Shown: piece by piece, positions 19,585-29,562 of the stretch | Position numbering within the stretch: position 1 is the stretch's first letter | How the letters are laid out: each line of letters opens with the position of its first letter | DNA from: Aureliella sp. | Lineage (GTDB): Bacteria; Planctomycetota; Planctomycetia; Pirellulales; Pirellulaceae | DNA: 64,000 nucleotides | Assembly: GCA_963691875.1 (NCBI GenBank) | Contig: OY829846.1 | Span: 3,904,001-3,968,000, forward strand | Direction: 5' to 3' | Made by a program: the position numbers and the translations under genes | The notes under the pieces: model-generated | What the model saw: the letters and a program-made list of their open reading frames with translations, nothing else | Databases searched by the model: none | Told to the model about the DNA's origin: nothing

Positions 19585-20409
19585 TTACAGGAATTGAGGA
19601 CGTTCGCCAGCGGCCAACTTGGCTTCAATCTCCTTCACAAGTGGTAGAATATTTGCAGCTGATTCCAGAATGTAATGAGCTCCAGCCGCAAGCAGCGTAT
19701 CTTCTGCATTCTTGCAAAGACTATCGACCTCGGCCTGCGACATCGTCTCCAATTCTTCCTGGGACTTGCCGACGCAATTCCCTGATCGCGTGATGCCGAC
19801 ACTCCAACAGCCCGCGTTTCGTCCTGCTTCGACACCGACGGGCGTGTCGTCGACCTTGATGAATCGCCACATCGGGTAAATACCGAATTGCTTTGCAGCT
19901 TCGTGTAGAAGAAACGGGGCAGGTCTGCCAACCGGCGTGTCACCAGAACAGAGAACACAGTCTGGACGGTAGCCTTGCTTCTCTGCAGCTGGCGCCACAA
20001 TGTCCATCAATTCATGCGTATATCCAGTAGACGAGGCAATCTTCAATCCTAGACTTCGACACCCCTCTACAGCCTCAACGACACCTGGAATCAGGTCGCA
20101 GTGCTGCCCCAGTGTCTCCATCTGAAGTGGCAGGAAGTCGGCATACATTCCATCAATATCTTCCTCTGTCGTGCTGGTGCCATGCTTTTCCTTCCAAGCC
20201 GCATCGACTTCCTCCATGGCTGCGATAGCTTCGATATGCTCTCGCTTTGCCATCCCCATGGGCTCTCTTGCCTGAGATTCGGTGATGGGCACTCCGCGCC
20301 GATCAAAAATCTCTTGAAAAACACGCGCAGGCGCACGACTACCGTAATCAACTGTCGTCCCAGCCCAATCGAAAAGGATTGCTTGCAATTCGGTGCATCT
20401 ATCCGTCAT
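19585..20409 (-). CDS. phnX: Phosphonoacetaldehyde hydrolase
   Basis: FDWAGTTVDYGS, AREPMGMAKREHI (Schiff-base Lys), GRPAP, KVDDTPVG. Confidence 0.95.
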   Translation of the reverse strand: MTDRCTELQAILFDWAGTTVDYGSRAPARVFQEIFDRRGVPITESQAREPMGMAKREHIEAIAAMEEVDAAWKEKHGTSTTEEDIDGMYADFLPLQMETLGQHCDLIPGVVEAVEGCRSLGLKIASSTGYTHELMDIVAPAAEKQGYRPDCVLCSGDTPVGRPAPFLLHEAAKQFGIYPMWRFIKVDDTPVGVEAGRNAGCWSVGITRSGNCVGKSQEELETMSQAEVDSLCKNAEDTLLAAGAHYILESAANILPLVKEIEAKLAAGERPQFL

Positions 20410-20410
20410 A

Positions 20411-21547
20411 TCAATTCCCTGTCCACTCCGCCCATGATTTCTCGGCAAGCCCAAAGGATAGGGTCATACCGGCCCCACCTGGCCCCACGAAAGCTCGGAT
20501 ACCTTCTTTGATTTCTTGATCCACTACAATCTCGCTCGGATGCTTGGCATAGATCCCATGCCAGCGCTCGATGATGGTCCAATCGGACAGTTGAATCACG
20601 TTGCGAAGTTCGCGCAACATCAACTCGTCGATTTCCGACTTGTCGAAAGGCGAGATCTCGTTGCCATACTCGTGCGAATCCCCCAGCACCACTTCGCCAC
20701 TTGGAAATTGGCTGGCCATCACGTGAATGCCGTACTGATCTAGCTTGGGAGAATCATCTGCAATTCTTTGCTTCAGCGACGTGAGGGTAGGGCAGGCTTC
20801 GAATGATTTGTAATGCCGAAGCGTGAGACCACTGGCGATATGAGGCGCAAGGCCTTGATAGTCTGGCTGGGAAACTGCTCGCAACATCTGTAGTTTGCAA
20901 AGCCGCAGATCTAGGCTGCCCATGACTTCTGGAAACAGAGTCTGGAGATCACTCCCGCTACAAATGACGATTTGCCTGGCATTCCAAACGCGTCCATCAG
21001 TGGCCTCCAAGCGGCCGCTGTCGGCGTACGCAATAGCTGTATCAAAAAAGCATGAAACTGAGGGTTTTGCTTCGAGCCAGTTGGCGATCCTAGCTGAGGC
21101 AGTCCGTGGATCGACACGTAGCTCCGTTGCACTCCACATTCCTCCCAACAATCCTTCCGGATTCGCCAAAGCCGTTTTTTGCTTCACCTGCTCGGCCGTC
21201 AACATCTCGACTTGGTGCGAGCCAAGTTTGCAAAACTCGTCGAGCACGGCCAACTCGTCTTCGTGATGCGCTAGGTGCAGGGAACCGCAGGGCGCCACTT
21301 CCACTACGGACTCCTTGTCCAACTCTTGCCAGAGTTTGGCGGACAACAACGCGGTCTGGTAAGGTTCACCTACTGGCTGCCCAACTGGCCAGATCATGCC
21401 GAAGTTACGCACCGATGCACCTTGAGCTTGTGAATCTCGCTCGAAGAGTGCCACTTTCAAGCCCCGCTGTGAGGCACGCCAAGCATGGGCGAGTCCGATA
21501 ATTCCACCGCCTACAATTGCGACGTCAAAAGTTTCCGAAGCATTCAT
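20411..21547 (-). CDS. TIGR03364-type FAD-dependent oxidoreductase (phosphonate amine oxidase, Pbf-like)
   Basis: IVGGGIIGLAHA, GASVRNFGMIWPVGQ, CKLQMLR, SGLTLRHY, VLGDSHEY, GAGMTLSFG; directly upstream of phnX. Confidence 0.88.
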   Translation of the reverse strand: MNASETFDVAIVGGGIIGLAHAWRASQRGLKVALFERDSQAQGASVRNFGMIWPVGQPVGEPYQTALLSAKLWQELDKESVVEVAPCGSLHLAHHEDELAVLDEFCKLGSHQVEMLTAEQVKQKTALANPEGLLGGMWSATELRVDPRTASARIANWLEAKPSVSCFFDTAIAYADSGRLEATDGRVWNARQIVICSGSDLQTLFPEVMGSLDLRLCKLQMLRAVSQPDYQGLAPHIASGLTLRHYKSFEACPTLTSLKQRIADDSPKLDQYGIHVMASQFPSGEVVLGDSHEYGNEISPFDKSEIDELMLRELRNVIQLSDWTIIERWHGIYAKHPSEIVVDQEIKEGIRAFVGPGGAGMTLSFGLAEKSWAEWTGN

Positions 21548-21568
21548 TTCAAGGTTCCATCCTTCCTT

Positions 21569-22126
21569 CTAGCGGTCGATTGACTCTGCGAGCACTCGAT
21601 CAATGCATGCCGCGAAATGCTCGAGTGAGGGTGTTGTAGCTTCAGGATCTTTCGCGGTGTCATCCCACTTGCGAAGTCGCAATGCCGCCTCGTAGTGCGT
21701 GTTCTCACGAAACTCTTCACGTTCTGCCTCGGTCATCTCTCCGCCTTGCAGCTCAAGACTGACTTGCGAAGCCTGGCTCAGCGAGCTGCGATAATCTGCA
21801 TCCACCGCACACAGATATCGCTTGGCAGCCACATGCAGCTTCACGGGCTCAGTTACCGCTGGCGAAAAATGGCTCTTCAAAAAGTGGTAGCCAGAATTCT
21901 CGTGATGATCGTCGACCCCGCTGTCTGGAGCGTCATCCGGTAGTTCGTGCAGCAAATGCCCCACATCGTGAAGCAATGCGGCGACGACGAGCGAGTCCGG
22001 TACATTCTCTTGCTCCGCCAAGGCCGCACATTGCAAGGCATGCTCCAACTGCGTAACCGCTTCACCGCCATACTCGGAGTCACCGCGTTGCTGAAACAAT
22101 TTTACGATTCGAGCTGAAATGGTCAT
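21569..22126 (-). CDS. phnZ: HD-domain phosphonate oxygenase
   Basis: YGGEAVTQLEHALQCA, AALLHDVGHL, HE, LHVAAKRYLC, SLELQGG, LRKWDDTAK. ATG 22126 chosen as start. Confidence 0.9.
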   Translation of the reverse strand: MTISARIVKLFQQRGDSEYGGEAVTQLEHALQCAALAEQENVPDSLVVAALLHDVGHLLHELPDDAPDSGVDDHHENSGYHFLKSHFSPAVTEPVKLHVAAKRYLCAVDADYRSSLSQASQVSLELQGGEMTEAEREEFRENTHYEAALRLRKWDDTAKDPEATTPSLEHFAACIDRVLAESIDR

Positions 22127-22161
22127 GATGAAACCTACGCGGGCGAAAACAAGTCGAGGTC

Positions 22162-23311
22162 CTATACTAAAGGGCGAATCGCAAGTCGGATAGGCTTGTG
22201 TTTTACGAATGTTGAACAGCAGTTTGAATTTCATCGAGTGGAAAACTCGCTTCAACGAGATCGGCAAAAGGGAAGCTGTCTCCGTTCTCAAGCAGAAACG
22301 CAACCGCCTACTGCAGATCTTGTAGAGCGTAGTTGTGAACTCCGCGGATAGTCAGACATCGTCGAATGAGCCGCTCTGGATTCAAGCGTATTGCTTCTGT
22401 TGGCATAACAGCGCCGATTAGAACTAATGATCCTCCAATATCCGTTGCCGCAGATCCAAATTCGGTCAGGGTGGGAGAGCCCGTCAACTCAAGTACTCGA
22501 TCAAAGTACACACGCGAACGGGCTTCAAGCTGATCGGCCAATGAAGCAGCATCGTCGATGCGGATCGTGGAGCTAGCTCCAAACTCCACTGCTCTCTTGA
22601 GACGTCGTACATCCCGACCAACAACCACAACCTCTGCCGCTCCCTCTACGCGAGCGATGGCTGAGGCGGTTAAAACACCGAGCATGCCAGAGCCAAGAAA
22701 AAGCAAGCGGCTTTCTGCGATTTCACCTGCGGCCCTATAGGCGGCACATATCGTGGCGGTCGCACAGTTGACAGGACAAAGTATCTCATCCCTAGCAGCT
22801 TCGTGCCCGCCAGCCTCCGGCAATTTGATCACCGCGCTTCCTTCTCGCAACAGCACTTACTCCGCCAGTCCCCCGGCCAATGCCTCCCTTCGGCTAGAGC
22901 ATGACCATACTTCGCGAGCTGCAGACACTTCTGAGGAAGCCCATTTCGGCAGCGTTCACAATGATCGCAACCGATTACCACAGACCAAGTCACCCGATCC
23001 CCTGGCTGCAGAAATGCACCCGAGAATTCCCGCATAGAAGAATTGCTGACGGCGACTACTTTCCCGATGATTTCATGGGCAAGAATCGAAAGCGTCGGCT
23101 CTTCCCTCGCAACGGTGAGCGTGTGCAAATCACTGCCACATAGCGTACAGCAATCGACTTTAACCAGCACCTCACCGTCATCCAGCCTAGGTAATTCCAG
23201 CTCTTGCAGCTGAGCCTTACCAGCACCCACGAAGACAACCGCGCGACTGGTCGATAGCAGTTCCACTTCCACTTGGTTCAAATCACTTCCCTTATGCTCG
23301 GGGCTCGACAA
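22162..23311 (-). pseudogene. Decayed Zn-dependent alcohol dehydrogenase (phosphonate-associated TIGR03366/HpnZ-like)
   Basis: LCGSDLHT and CDHCERC..PQKC motifs. Lesions: frameshift near 22885, TAA at 22857-22859 (GGLAE*VLL), TAG at 22308-22310 (DLQ*AVAFL..FPFADLV), frameshift near 22204 before KHKPIRLAIRP; GHE changed to AHE. Confidence 0.88.
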
Positions 23312-24587
23312 TATCTGCCGCAGATTCAGTCCCCGATTCGTCTTTCAATGTTCTCTCAAAATAGATGAGCGCTGCAAACATGGCGAGGATGGAAAAACCG
23401 GCGATTCCCCAGAGGAGATACATGAACAAGGAAAGCACCTCATCCGGCGACCACCAAAATGACTTGACCACAACGATGGCGGTGTATCCCAAGTAGCCTG
23501 AAGAGTCGGCTAGATACATTAAGAACACTAAGTTTCCTGGCTTGGCGGAAGCTGCGACCAAACGCTCAAAAAGCGTCGTGTGAAACGCGACATAAGGAAC
23601 ATACAAGCCAACACCGCAAGCCACCATGAAAGCGAACGGCGAAATCGCTCCAATGCTTCGAAGCCACGCCGCTAAGATCGATAAGCCGAATGCAAGGCAT
23701 ATCGAAATACTGATGATACGGATCGCGCTAAGATGATGTCGAATCCAGATTGCCGCCGCGTTGAATGTCACGACAAAGAAAGCAACGACGGTCTCGCAAT
23801 TTACAAAGACTTTTGGCTCTTTGGCAACGCCCATGTCTCGCCATATCTCGACACCAAAATCGTCGCGAACCGTTCGCACAACCGTTAAGGCGATGTACAC
23901 CAAAATCATCAAACTCAGCCCCGGCCAGTAGCTGCAAAAGAATTGCCAGCGCTGCTCTGAAGACATAGGGCCACGATCCGTTCTTGCCTCGCGATCCTCG
24001 TCGCTCGGTGGTGGCGTCCAAGTCAAAACCCAAACCGAAACAATTAGCGGTAGCAAGAATATTAGCCCCGTCAGCATCGGCATCTGAAACTCGGGAACTT
24101 GCCAGTCCTCAATCAAGGACGAACCGATGGACTTCACTGCACCCGAGGAGATGATGAAGCTGGCGCATAGTGCGGCTGACAGGGCTTCCGTCTGCTTGCG
24201 GCCCTCCAGAAACAGAAGCACTAAACCAAACACCATGCCGAGTGGCAGACCGTTCAGGAAAAGCATGAGAGGCTTCAGCGCAATTGGAACAAAGGCAAAA
24301 CCTGCAAGTGCCAATTCTGCAAACAAGATCAAGCCGACCAATACCAAAGCCGCTCGCCCACGCGTCATCTCTGACACCACTTTGACACCAATGAGCTTAG
24401 ACAACATGTAGCCGCCGATCTGGGCGACTACCAAGATGTCTTTCAAGCCATATCCCCAGACCAACTGCCCTTCATAGGTCGCAGCCGAGAATGGCTTGCG
24501 GAAAGCATACATACAGAAATAGATGCAGAAGGCAGCAGCACCTGCGATGAAGAGTGAGTTTTTCGTCTTGAGCCGTTTAGCTTGCAT
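23292..24587 (-). CDS. DUF5690 family MFS-like membrane protein (putative phosphonate transporter)
   Basis: YFCMYAFRKPF, GYMLSKLIGVKVVSE, FLNGLPLGMVFG, FLEGRK, FERL, YLADSSGYLG; about 11-12 TM. Confidence 0.85.
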   Translation of the reverse strand: MQAKRLKTKNSLFIAGAAAFCIYFCMYAFRKPFSAATYEGQLVWGYGLKDILVVAQIGGYMLSKLIGVKVVSEMTRGRAALVLVGLILFAELALAGFAFVPIALKPLMLFLNGLPLGMVFGLVLLFLEGRKQTEALSAALCASFIISSGAVKSIGSSLIEDWQVPEFQMPMLTGLIFLLPLIVSVWVLTWTPPPSDEDREARTDRGPMSSEQRWQFFCSYWPGLSLMILVYIALTVVRTVRDDFGVEIWRDMGVAKEPKVFVNCETVVAFFVVTFNAAAIWIRHHLSAIRIISISICLAFGLSILAAWLRSIGAISPFAFMVACGVGLYVPYVAFHTTLFERLVAASAKPGNLVFLMYLADSSGYLGYTAIVVVKSFWWSPDEVLSLFMYLLWGIAGFSILAMFAALIYFERTLKDESGTESAADIVEPRA

Positions 24588-24963
24588 CCTCACCCGTGCA
24601 GTGCGTTGGACATTAAGCAGTACTGACAAAACACAGCCTACCGAATTGCTGGCGGAAGGTGTACTCAGAGAATGTTTAGATATGAAGTAGTTTGCCCAAA
24701 ACGAAGAGCTCTTCAACAACGCTGCAGCGGAACGAAGCGAGTTGGTTCACAAGAATTCAGATGGGAAATAACGAAAACTTTGACCCAACAAACTTACTGG
24801 ACCAAGATTTTCAGCGAGGTTACTCTGCAAATTCAAAGACATCGTATCTATTCGCTTTCAGGCCACGAACCGAGCGACTTGACGCAGCTGAGCGTCCGAA
24901 ATTGATTCGCTGGATAATTGTTGGCTATCTCCGGTGTCATTAAGCGATAGTTTCTCAAGAAGG

Positions 24964-25323
24964 TTATAGCTGACGACTGCCTGCCTTCGTCGCTTCATGA
25001 CGCAAAACAGCATTGCGAAATACGGCACTACGCTGCACTGCACATGATACAGTCAAATTCCAGCTAGCGAGATCTCTTTCCAGAAACCCCTGATATTTGC
25101 CCATAGCACGTAGGGACATCGAAAAGAGCGGCAGTTCTTGCATTAGTGTGCACGTACTTGCACCTAAATCTAAAATCTTAAGCCGTTCCCAAATTCGATG
25201 CACAATGAACTCTCGGTCGAAAGCCAAACGAGCATCATCACGATAGTTTATCGCGACCCGAGGGTCTTCTATTCAGATCCTCTCCTCCCAGAAGTCATGG
25301 ATTTTGAGAGGATCCACCTACAT
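24964..25323 (-). pseudogene. Decayed class I SAM-dependent methyltransferase (N-terminal part)
   Basis: RBS+ATG, then M*VDPLKIHDFWEERI*IEDPRVAINYRDDARLAFDREF...KILDLGASTCTL: a motif-I-like ILDLGA with two in-frame stops. Confidence 0.6.
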
Positions 25324-25974
25324 ACCTTTCCTTGGCAAAGTCTCGCACCAATTCCGTACAGATATCCCTAGCGAAGCGCACATCCTCAATCATGTCGACT
25401 TCAACAGACCGGACTCGAATTGTATGCCTATAAAGAATGCCATGAATCATCTCGAAAACACACCCACCTCCAAGGCTGACTACCGAGGGATAAAAATCCT
25501 CACGGCTCGTCCATTACCGCGTGCCTTGTTGTTCAAATGAGAAGCTCACACCCTGTGCTTGGGTAACATGAGTGTATACCGGCTGCGCCGAAACAACAGG
25601 CATCACACCGATCTTGCTCACAGGGATCTGACTAGAGTCCGAAAGTCGCCTGGATGGGCCAACAAGTCACCATCAACAGAAGATCATCGGCCCATAGCCG
25701 CTGCCGGTCCTAGCGAGAGGACCGCAGCCGTCTTGGCAGTTTCCCAGTGCTGATTATGTTGAACCGTAATCCTAGAGAACAAGGCTTAAATCAAGGCAGC
25801 AACACGATCCGCTTGGAAGCCCAACATAATAGGCACATTATCGTGTCGTGAGACACATATCACTCAGTTGGGCCTCGAGAATCCCTTTCCCACCCACGCG
25901 AGTAAACAACCTGGGGACCCCTTACCGAGCCGTGACTCGCAACCGTCGGCGTCAATAACAATTGTGTTCTGCAC
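25320..25974 (-). pseudogene. Decayed nucleotidyltransferase (NTP_transferase / LicC-like family)
   Basis: Reconstructed across frames: VQNTIVIDADGCESRLGKGSPGCL / VGGKGILEAQL / IMLGFQADRV..HNQHWETAKTAAVLSLG..*SSVDGDLLAHP / SFSFEQQGTR*WT..VFEMI..SVEVDMIED. Contains relics of GxGSRL, GFQ, DGD and EVD, plus several stops and frameshifts. Confidence 0.7.
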
Positions 25975-26002
25975 CTTGCGGTTCTGAATTGAAGTGTAGG
26001 AG

Positions 26003-26593
26003 TCAGGCACTATTATTGAGTCTTGCTGACCTGAACGTGTCATGGACAAATTCGTTCACTGAACTACAAACACGTCGAGAACGAATATTTCGCCACCAGT
26101 ACCTCGCGAAACAGATTTCGCCGACCAGTACACCCAGCTGCCGGCCGTCTGTAGAATTCTGAAAATGAGTCTGGGGATAAAACGTATTCGACAACACTTC
26201 GAGTTTTAGGTTCATGCTGTCAACAGAATTCTTTAAGCGAACACGAAAACACCTTTTCCTGCCAATGCAATGAGACAACACCGACTGACCATTGACTCGG
26301 ATTTCAAACTCAGATCGGATTGGTCCGGGCGCGAGCTCGATCCACAACCAAGATAATTTGACGTTCGTAGAAAAATTGCAGCTTAGCACGGCATATCCGC
26401 TGGTCCAATTATAGCGATGTCCGTGGATCGTCTCTTTTGCATAAAAACCCTGGCTGTCGCAGTGAGCTAACTCACGTTGGTCTGAATGGTTCCTCCGCGC
26501 CAAGAATACATCGGGATGCACCTTCGTAGCAGCTAACAGATGGATCTGTTTCTCCTCAAGACGTGATCGAATTCGATTCGCAATAGTGTTCAT
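26003..26593 (-). CDS. Hypothetical glycan-locus protein with beta-sandwich-like C-terminus
   Basis: GFYAKE..YNWTSG and DGRQLGVLVGEI resemble the 'RWT...D.R.LG' module seen appended to glycan-modifying enzymes. Confidence 0.6.
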   Translation of the reverse strand: MNTIANRIRSRLEEKQIHLLAATKVHPDVFLARRNHSDQRELAHCDSQGFYAKETIHGHRYNWTSGYAVLSCNFSTNVKLSWLWIELAPGPIRSEFEIRVNGQSVLSHCIGRKRCFRVRLKNSVDSMNLKLEVLSNTFYPQTHFQNSTDGRQLGVLVGEICFARYWWRNIRSRRVCSSVNEFVHDTFRSARLNNSA

Positions 26594-26627
26594 TTAGGTT
26601 CTATGGATAGAGAAGGTCTTATTTGGC

Positions 26628-27944
26628 CTACGGGTCACCGAATAGCGAAACTATCTCACCCTCGATTTCATCGATTAGCGGTAGATCTGACGAGCAATTC
26701 CAGCACGTTAGATGCTTACCTACACTATCTGCAAGTCGCAAAATGGGACTGGGACCCGCAACCATCCCAAGAAAAAGTAGTAGCTTACGGGCATATTGTT
26801 CGCCACTATGCCGATTGCTTGCCCAGTGCCTCGCTTTTACTCCTTGTTGTACCGCTGAATGGTAGTCTTGTTCAAGGTTTATGAATGCTTCCTCTAAATC
26901 CTCGACCTCGCGTTCATGCCCAATACGATGCACCAAAGAATCAGGAATGTCGTCGTAGCAACCGCCCCTACTCACTAGTGTCGGACGAGCGCTCGCTAGG
27001 CTTAGTATGATGCTAGCGGAGGCACCCTCAACGACTGGGTACCGCAAACAGGAAATAGCATTCGCATGCTTTAGCTCATCCTGCAGGGTCGCCTCGTCCA
27101 CTTTACCTAGTAACTCTAAGTCGACTTTATGGGGAGCATTATTTGCCAGCTCCATCAGATACTTGCGATAGGAGTCTCCAATGTTTCCAATCACTCTATA
27201 TTGCCACTTTTCGCTATTGCAGGCCGAATTCCCCAGAGCGCGAATCACCGACTCGCAGCGTTTGTTAACATTCACGTCACCGATAGTGATGACTCTGCTC
27301 TTGGCTCCTTCCTGCTGGGGAGGTGGCAACTGCTTTTCGAACTCGCATGGATATGCCAAAGGAATGGTCGTGACAGGACAGTGCAGTTTCGCCTCGCAAG
27401 GCGCTGCGTAGAACTTTGCGTGGGTTACGACGCCGAGTGTATCTGCCAAGGCAAAGCGTAGTACGGGGTGCTTCGCAGCTTCACTCATAAACCACAATCG
27501 ACCAAGATCTTCAGAGGCCTCTGCGTATGCCTTGAGAGCTTCGCTACTTGCCTCTAACCGAAACAAATCCAGGTAGGGCTTCTTCTCAACAAGTATGGCC
27601 CATTCGTGTAGAAGATGGTGGAGAATAAAGTCGTGCAATAGCGTCACGCCAGGAAACCGAGCCTGGTGCTTCAAGCAATAGTAGTGATTCTCAATGTGAT
27701 TCCCCACGTTGTAGATGACGCTGTCAAATCGCGACAAAAACTGATTCAAATGATTGTCAATGTCTTCTGCATCAACTATCTCACAACTTGCTGGGCGACA
27801 GGTTGCCGCCCAACTTGAATCCCCCATTTCCGAACGAACAATAGTTACATCGTGACCGAACGATTGGAGTGCCTCGACAACCTCCACGCTAAACGCAGCG
27901 ATAGCCGAACGTTGCGAAAAAGGACTGTACCAAGCGATTTTCAT
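26628..27944 (-). CDS. Glycosyltransferase family 4
   Basis: MKIAWYSPF, YNVGN, LLHDFILH, LRYPVVEGASAS; ATGA coupling to the upstream gene. Confidence 0.88.
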   Translation of the reverse strand: MKIAWYSPFSQRSAIAAFSVEVVEALQSFGHDVTIVRSEMGDSSWAATCRPASCEIVDAEDIDNHLNQFLSRFDSVIYNVGNHIENHYYCLKHQARFPGVTLLHDFILHHLLHEWAILVEKKPYLDLFRLEASSEALKAYAEASEDLGRLWFMSEAAKHPVLRFALADTLGVVTHAKFYAAPCEAKLHCPVTTIPLAYPCEFEKQLPPPQQEGAKSRVITIGDVNVNKRCESVIRALGNSACNSEKWQYRVIGNIGDSYRKYLMELANNAPHKVDLELLGKVDEATLQDELKHANAISCLRYPVVEGASASIILSLASARPTLVSRGGCYDDIPDSLVHRIGHEREVEDLEEAFINLEQDYHSAVQQGVKARHWASNRHSGEQYARKLLLFLGMVAGPSPILRLADSVGKHLTCWNCSSDLPLIDEIEGEIVSLFGDP

Positions 27945-28978
27945 GCTACCAGCCTCTCCACGGTTCGCTCCCAAGTAATCTCCTTCTTGATCCACTCCTG
28001 GCGCGCATGCCTTCCCATATCAATTGTCCGATTCTTGTTGGCGAATGCCCTATCGATTGCATCCGCGATTTCTTTCGGCTCAGGTCTCCGGACCCAGCCC
28101 GTGTGATCATCACTGACTAGATCAAGTATTCCACCGGAATCATCTACAGTCAGCACTGCCCTGGCTGCCTGATTTGCCTCCATGCTGACGTAGCCTAGAG
28201 ATTCCTCGTCGATTGGAAGATAAGCGGCGGCCAAGGAATTGGTTGTCAATTCCACGATGCGCTGACGAGGTAAAAAACCGATTTCCAATGTTACCCTAGA
28301 CTGCAAATTGAAGCGTTCCACCAATCGATGGAGCCGTTCAGCATCTGCGGGCGAGTCAGCGGGTCCAGCAATGACCAATTTGGTATCCGACCTCGTGTAC
28401 CTCATCGCCTCAATTAGGAGGTGCTGACGCTTTATGGCATTAATACGTCCTCCACAAAAGATGTAGTCACCATAGTCGCCTGGTTCGAAATCTTCTGGCC
28501 CATTTAGAGGCGTCCGCAAGAGCTTGCTGTCTACGCCGTTGTATCTTTTCAGCCTATCTTGCGTGACGGGTGATATGGCAAAGATGTCATTGACGTTCTC
28601 GAAACACTCTCGATCTGCCTCGAAGATTGAGCTCCTGAGCGCATGTCCTTGCAACGTATCAGGAATATTGGTGTGCCCGGAGTCCCACATGTCGTAGGCT
28701 TGCCGATACTGGTGCACTAGCCACAAGACCTTATTGGGATGTGGAACAAGATAGGCGGGAAACTTCAAACCGATTACCAAATCCGCCTCTTCTATCTCCA
28801 TCATCCTGCAAGCTAGCATTTCGCCGCTGATACGAGCAGCTGGCTCATAGCAGAACGGAATCCGTAGCAACCTGACCTGATGTCCAAGCTTTGAAATGTG
28901 GGACACCAAATAGTTGGCAAGATTCTCTGCACCGCCATGCATGAACGGAACCATATTGTTTAGTACGAAAATCTTCAC
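27941..28978 (-). CDS. Glycosyltransferase family 4
   Basis: PFMHGGAE, KFPAYLVPHPNKVLWLVHQYRQAYD, GRINAIKRQ, EESLGYVSMEA. Confidence 0.92.
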   Translation of the reverse strand: MKIFVLNNMVPFMHGGAENLANYLVSHISKLGHQVRLLRIPFCYEPAARISGEMLACRMMEIEEADLVIGLKFPAYLVPHPNKVLWLVHQYRQAYDMWDSGHTNIPDTLQGHALRSSIFEADRECFENVNDIFAISPVTQDRLKRYNGVDSKLLRTPLNGPEDFEPGDYGDYIFCGGRINAIKRQHLLIEAMRYTRSDTKLVIAGPADSPADAERLHRLVERFNLQSRVTLEIGFLPRQRIVELTTNSLAAAYLPIDEESLGYVSMEANQAARAVLTVDDSGGILDLVSDDHTGWVRRPEPKEIADAIDRAFANKNRTIDMGRHARQEWIKKEITWERTVERLVA

Positions 28979-28990
28979 GGTACACCTGCT

Positions 28991-29518
28991 CTAGGCTGGT
29001 AAGAGCTCCACATTTTTCTCGGTCGACTCAGCTAACATCGCTATCAACCGTTCATAATCCAATCTGAGCAGAGACGACTGAATCGCGGGATAGGATTGCG
29101 CCAACCCCTCGTAAGCATCAGCTTGCTCACACAGGACAGATTTACATTCCTTTAGGGCGACACGTTCGGCATGGCGAACCCTAGCGGCTACGGGATGCAG
29201 TGAGGAAACACTACGTCCAATCTCTATAGACAACCGTTTTTCGAACTCTGAACTGACAATCAGAAACTTGCAAGGGTGTTTGACGAAGCCGGCCGGAAAG
29301 TCCAATCCGATCATCCGATCCGCGTAGTCGCTCAAGTTCAGTAGCCGAAATGCGAGGATCTGTTCGACAAGGTTTCTTGAGTCGTGCACGAACGGGAACA
29401 GGGCGGTGTCTACTTGGTGGCCCGCCTGCTTGAGTTGCTCGGCAAGAGTTTTATGCACCGAATCCACGCATGACGCTACGCCAATCTTAGCCACCGTTCT
29501 CACAATCAAGACATTCAT
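28991..29518 (-). CDS. GT4 N-terminal-domain-only paralog
   Basis: Aligns by eye with the N-terminal half of 27941-28978 (GHQV..PF, ADRMIGLDFPAGFVKHPCK); no donor-binding C-domain. Confidence 0.7.
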   Translation of the reverse strand: MNVLIVRTVAKIGVASCVDSVHKTLAEQLKQAGHQVDTALFPFVHDSRNLVEQILAFRLLNLSDYADRMIGLDFPAGFVKHPCKFLIVSSEFEKRLSIEIGRSVSSLHPVAARVRHAERVALKECKSVLCEQADAYEGLAQSYPAIQSSLLRLDYERLIAMLAESTEKNVELLPA

Positions 29519-29562
29519 GGTCTTCGTTTCGAGTCGATTTGATAAACGAGAAATTGAACTAG

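Noticed and set aside
22162..23311. Programmed frameshift, readthrough or a single sequencing error explaining the split ADH
   Set aside because: Four independent lesions of two kinds plus motif erosion fit a pseudogene better.
25700..25728. GC hairpin GCTGCCGGTCCT...AGGACCGCAGC as a terminator
   Set aside because: No U-tract, and it lies within the decayed NTP-transferase coding relic.
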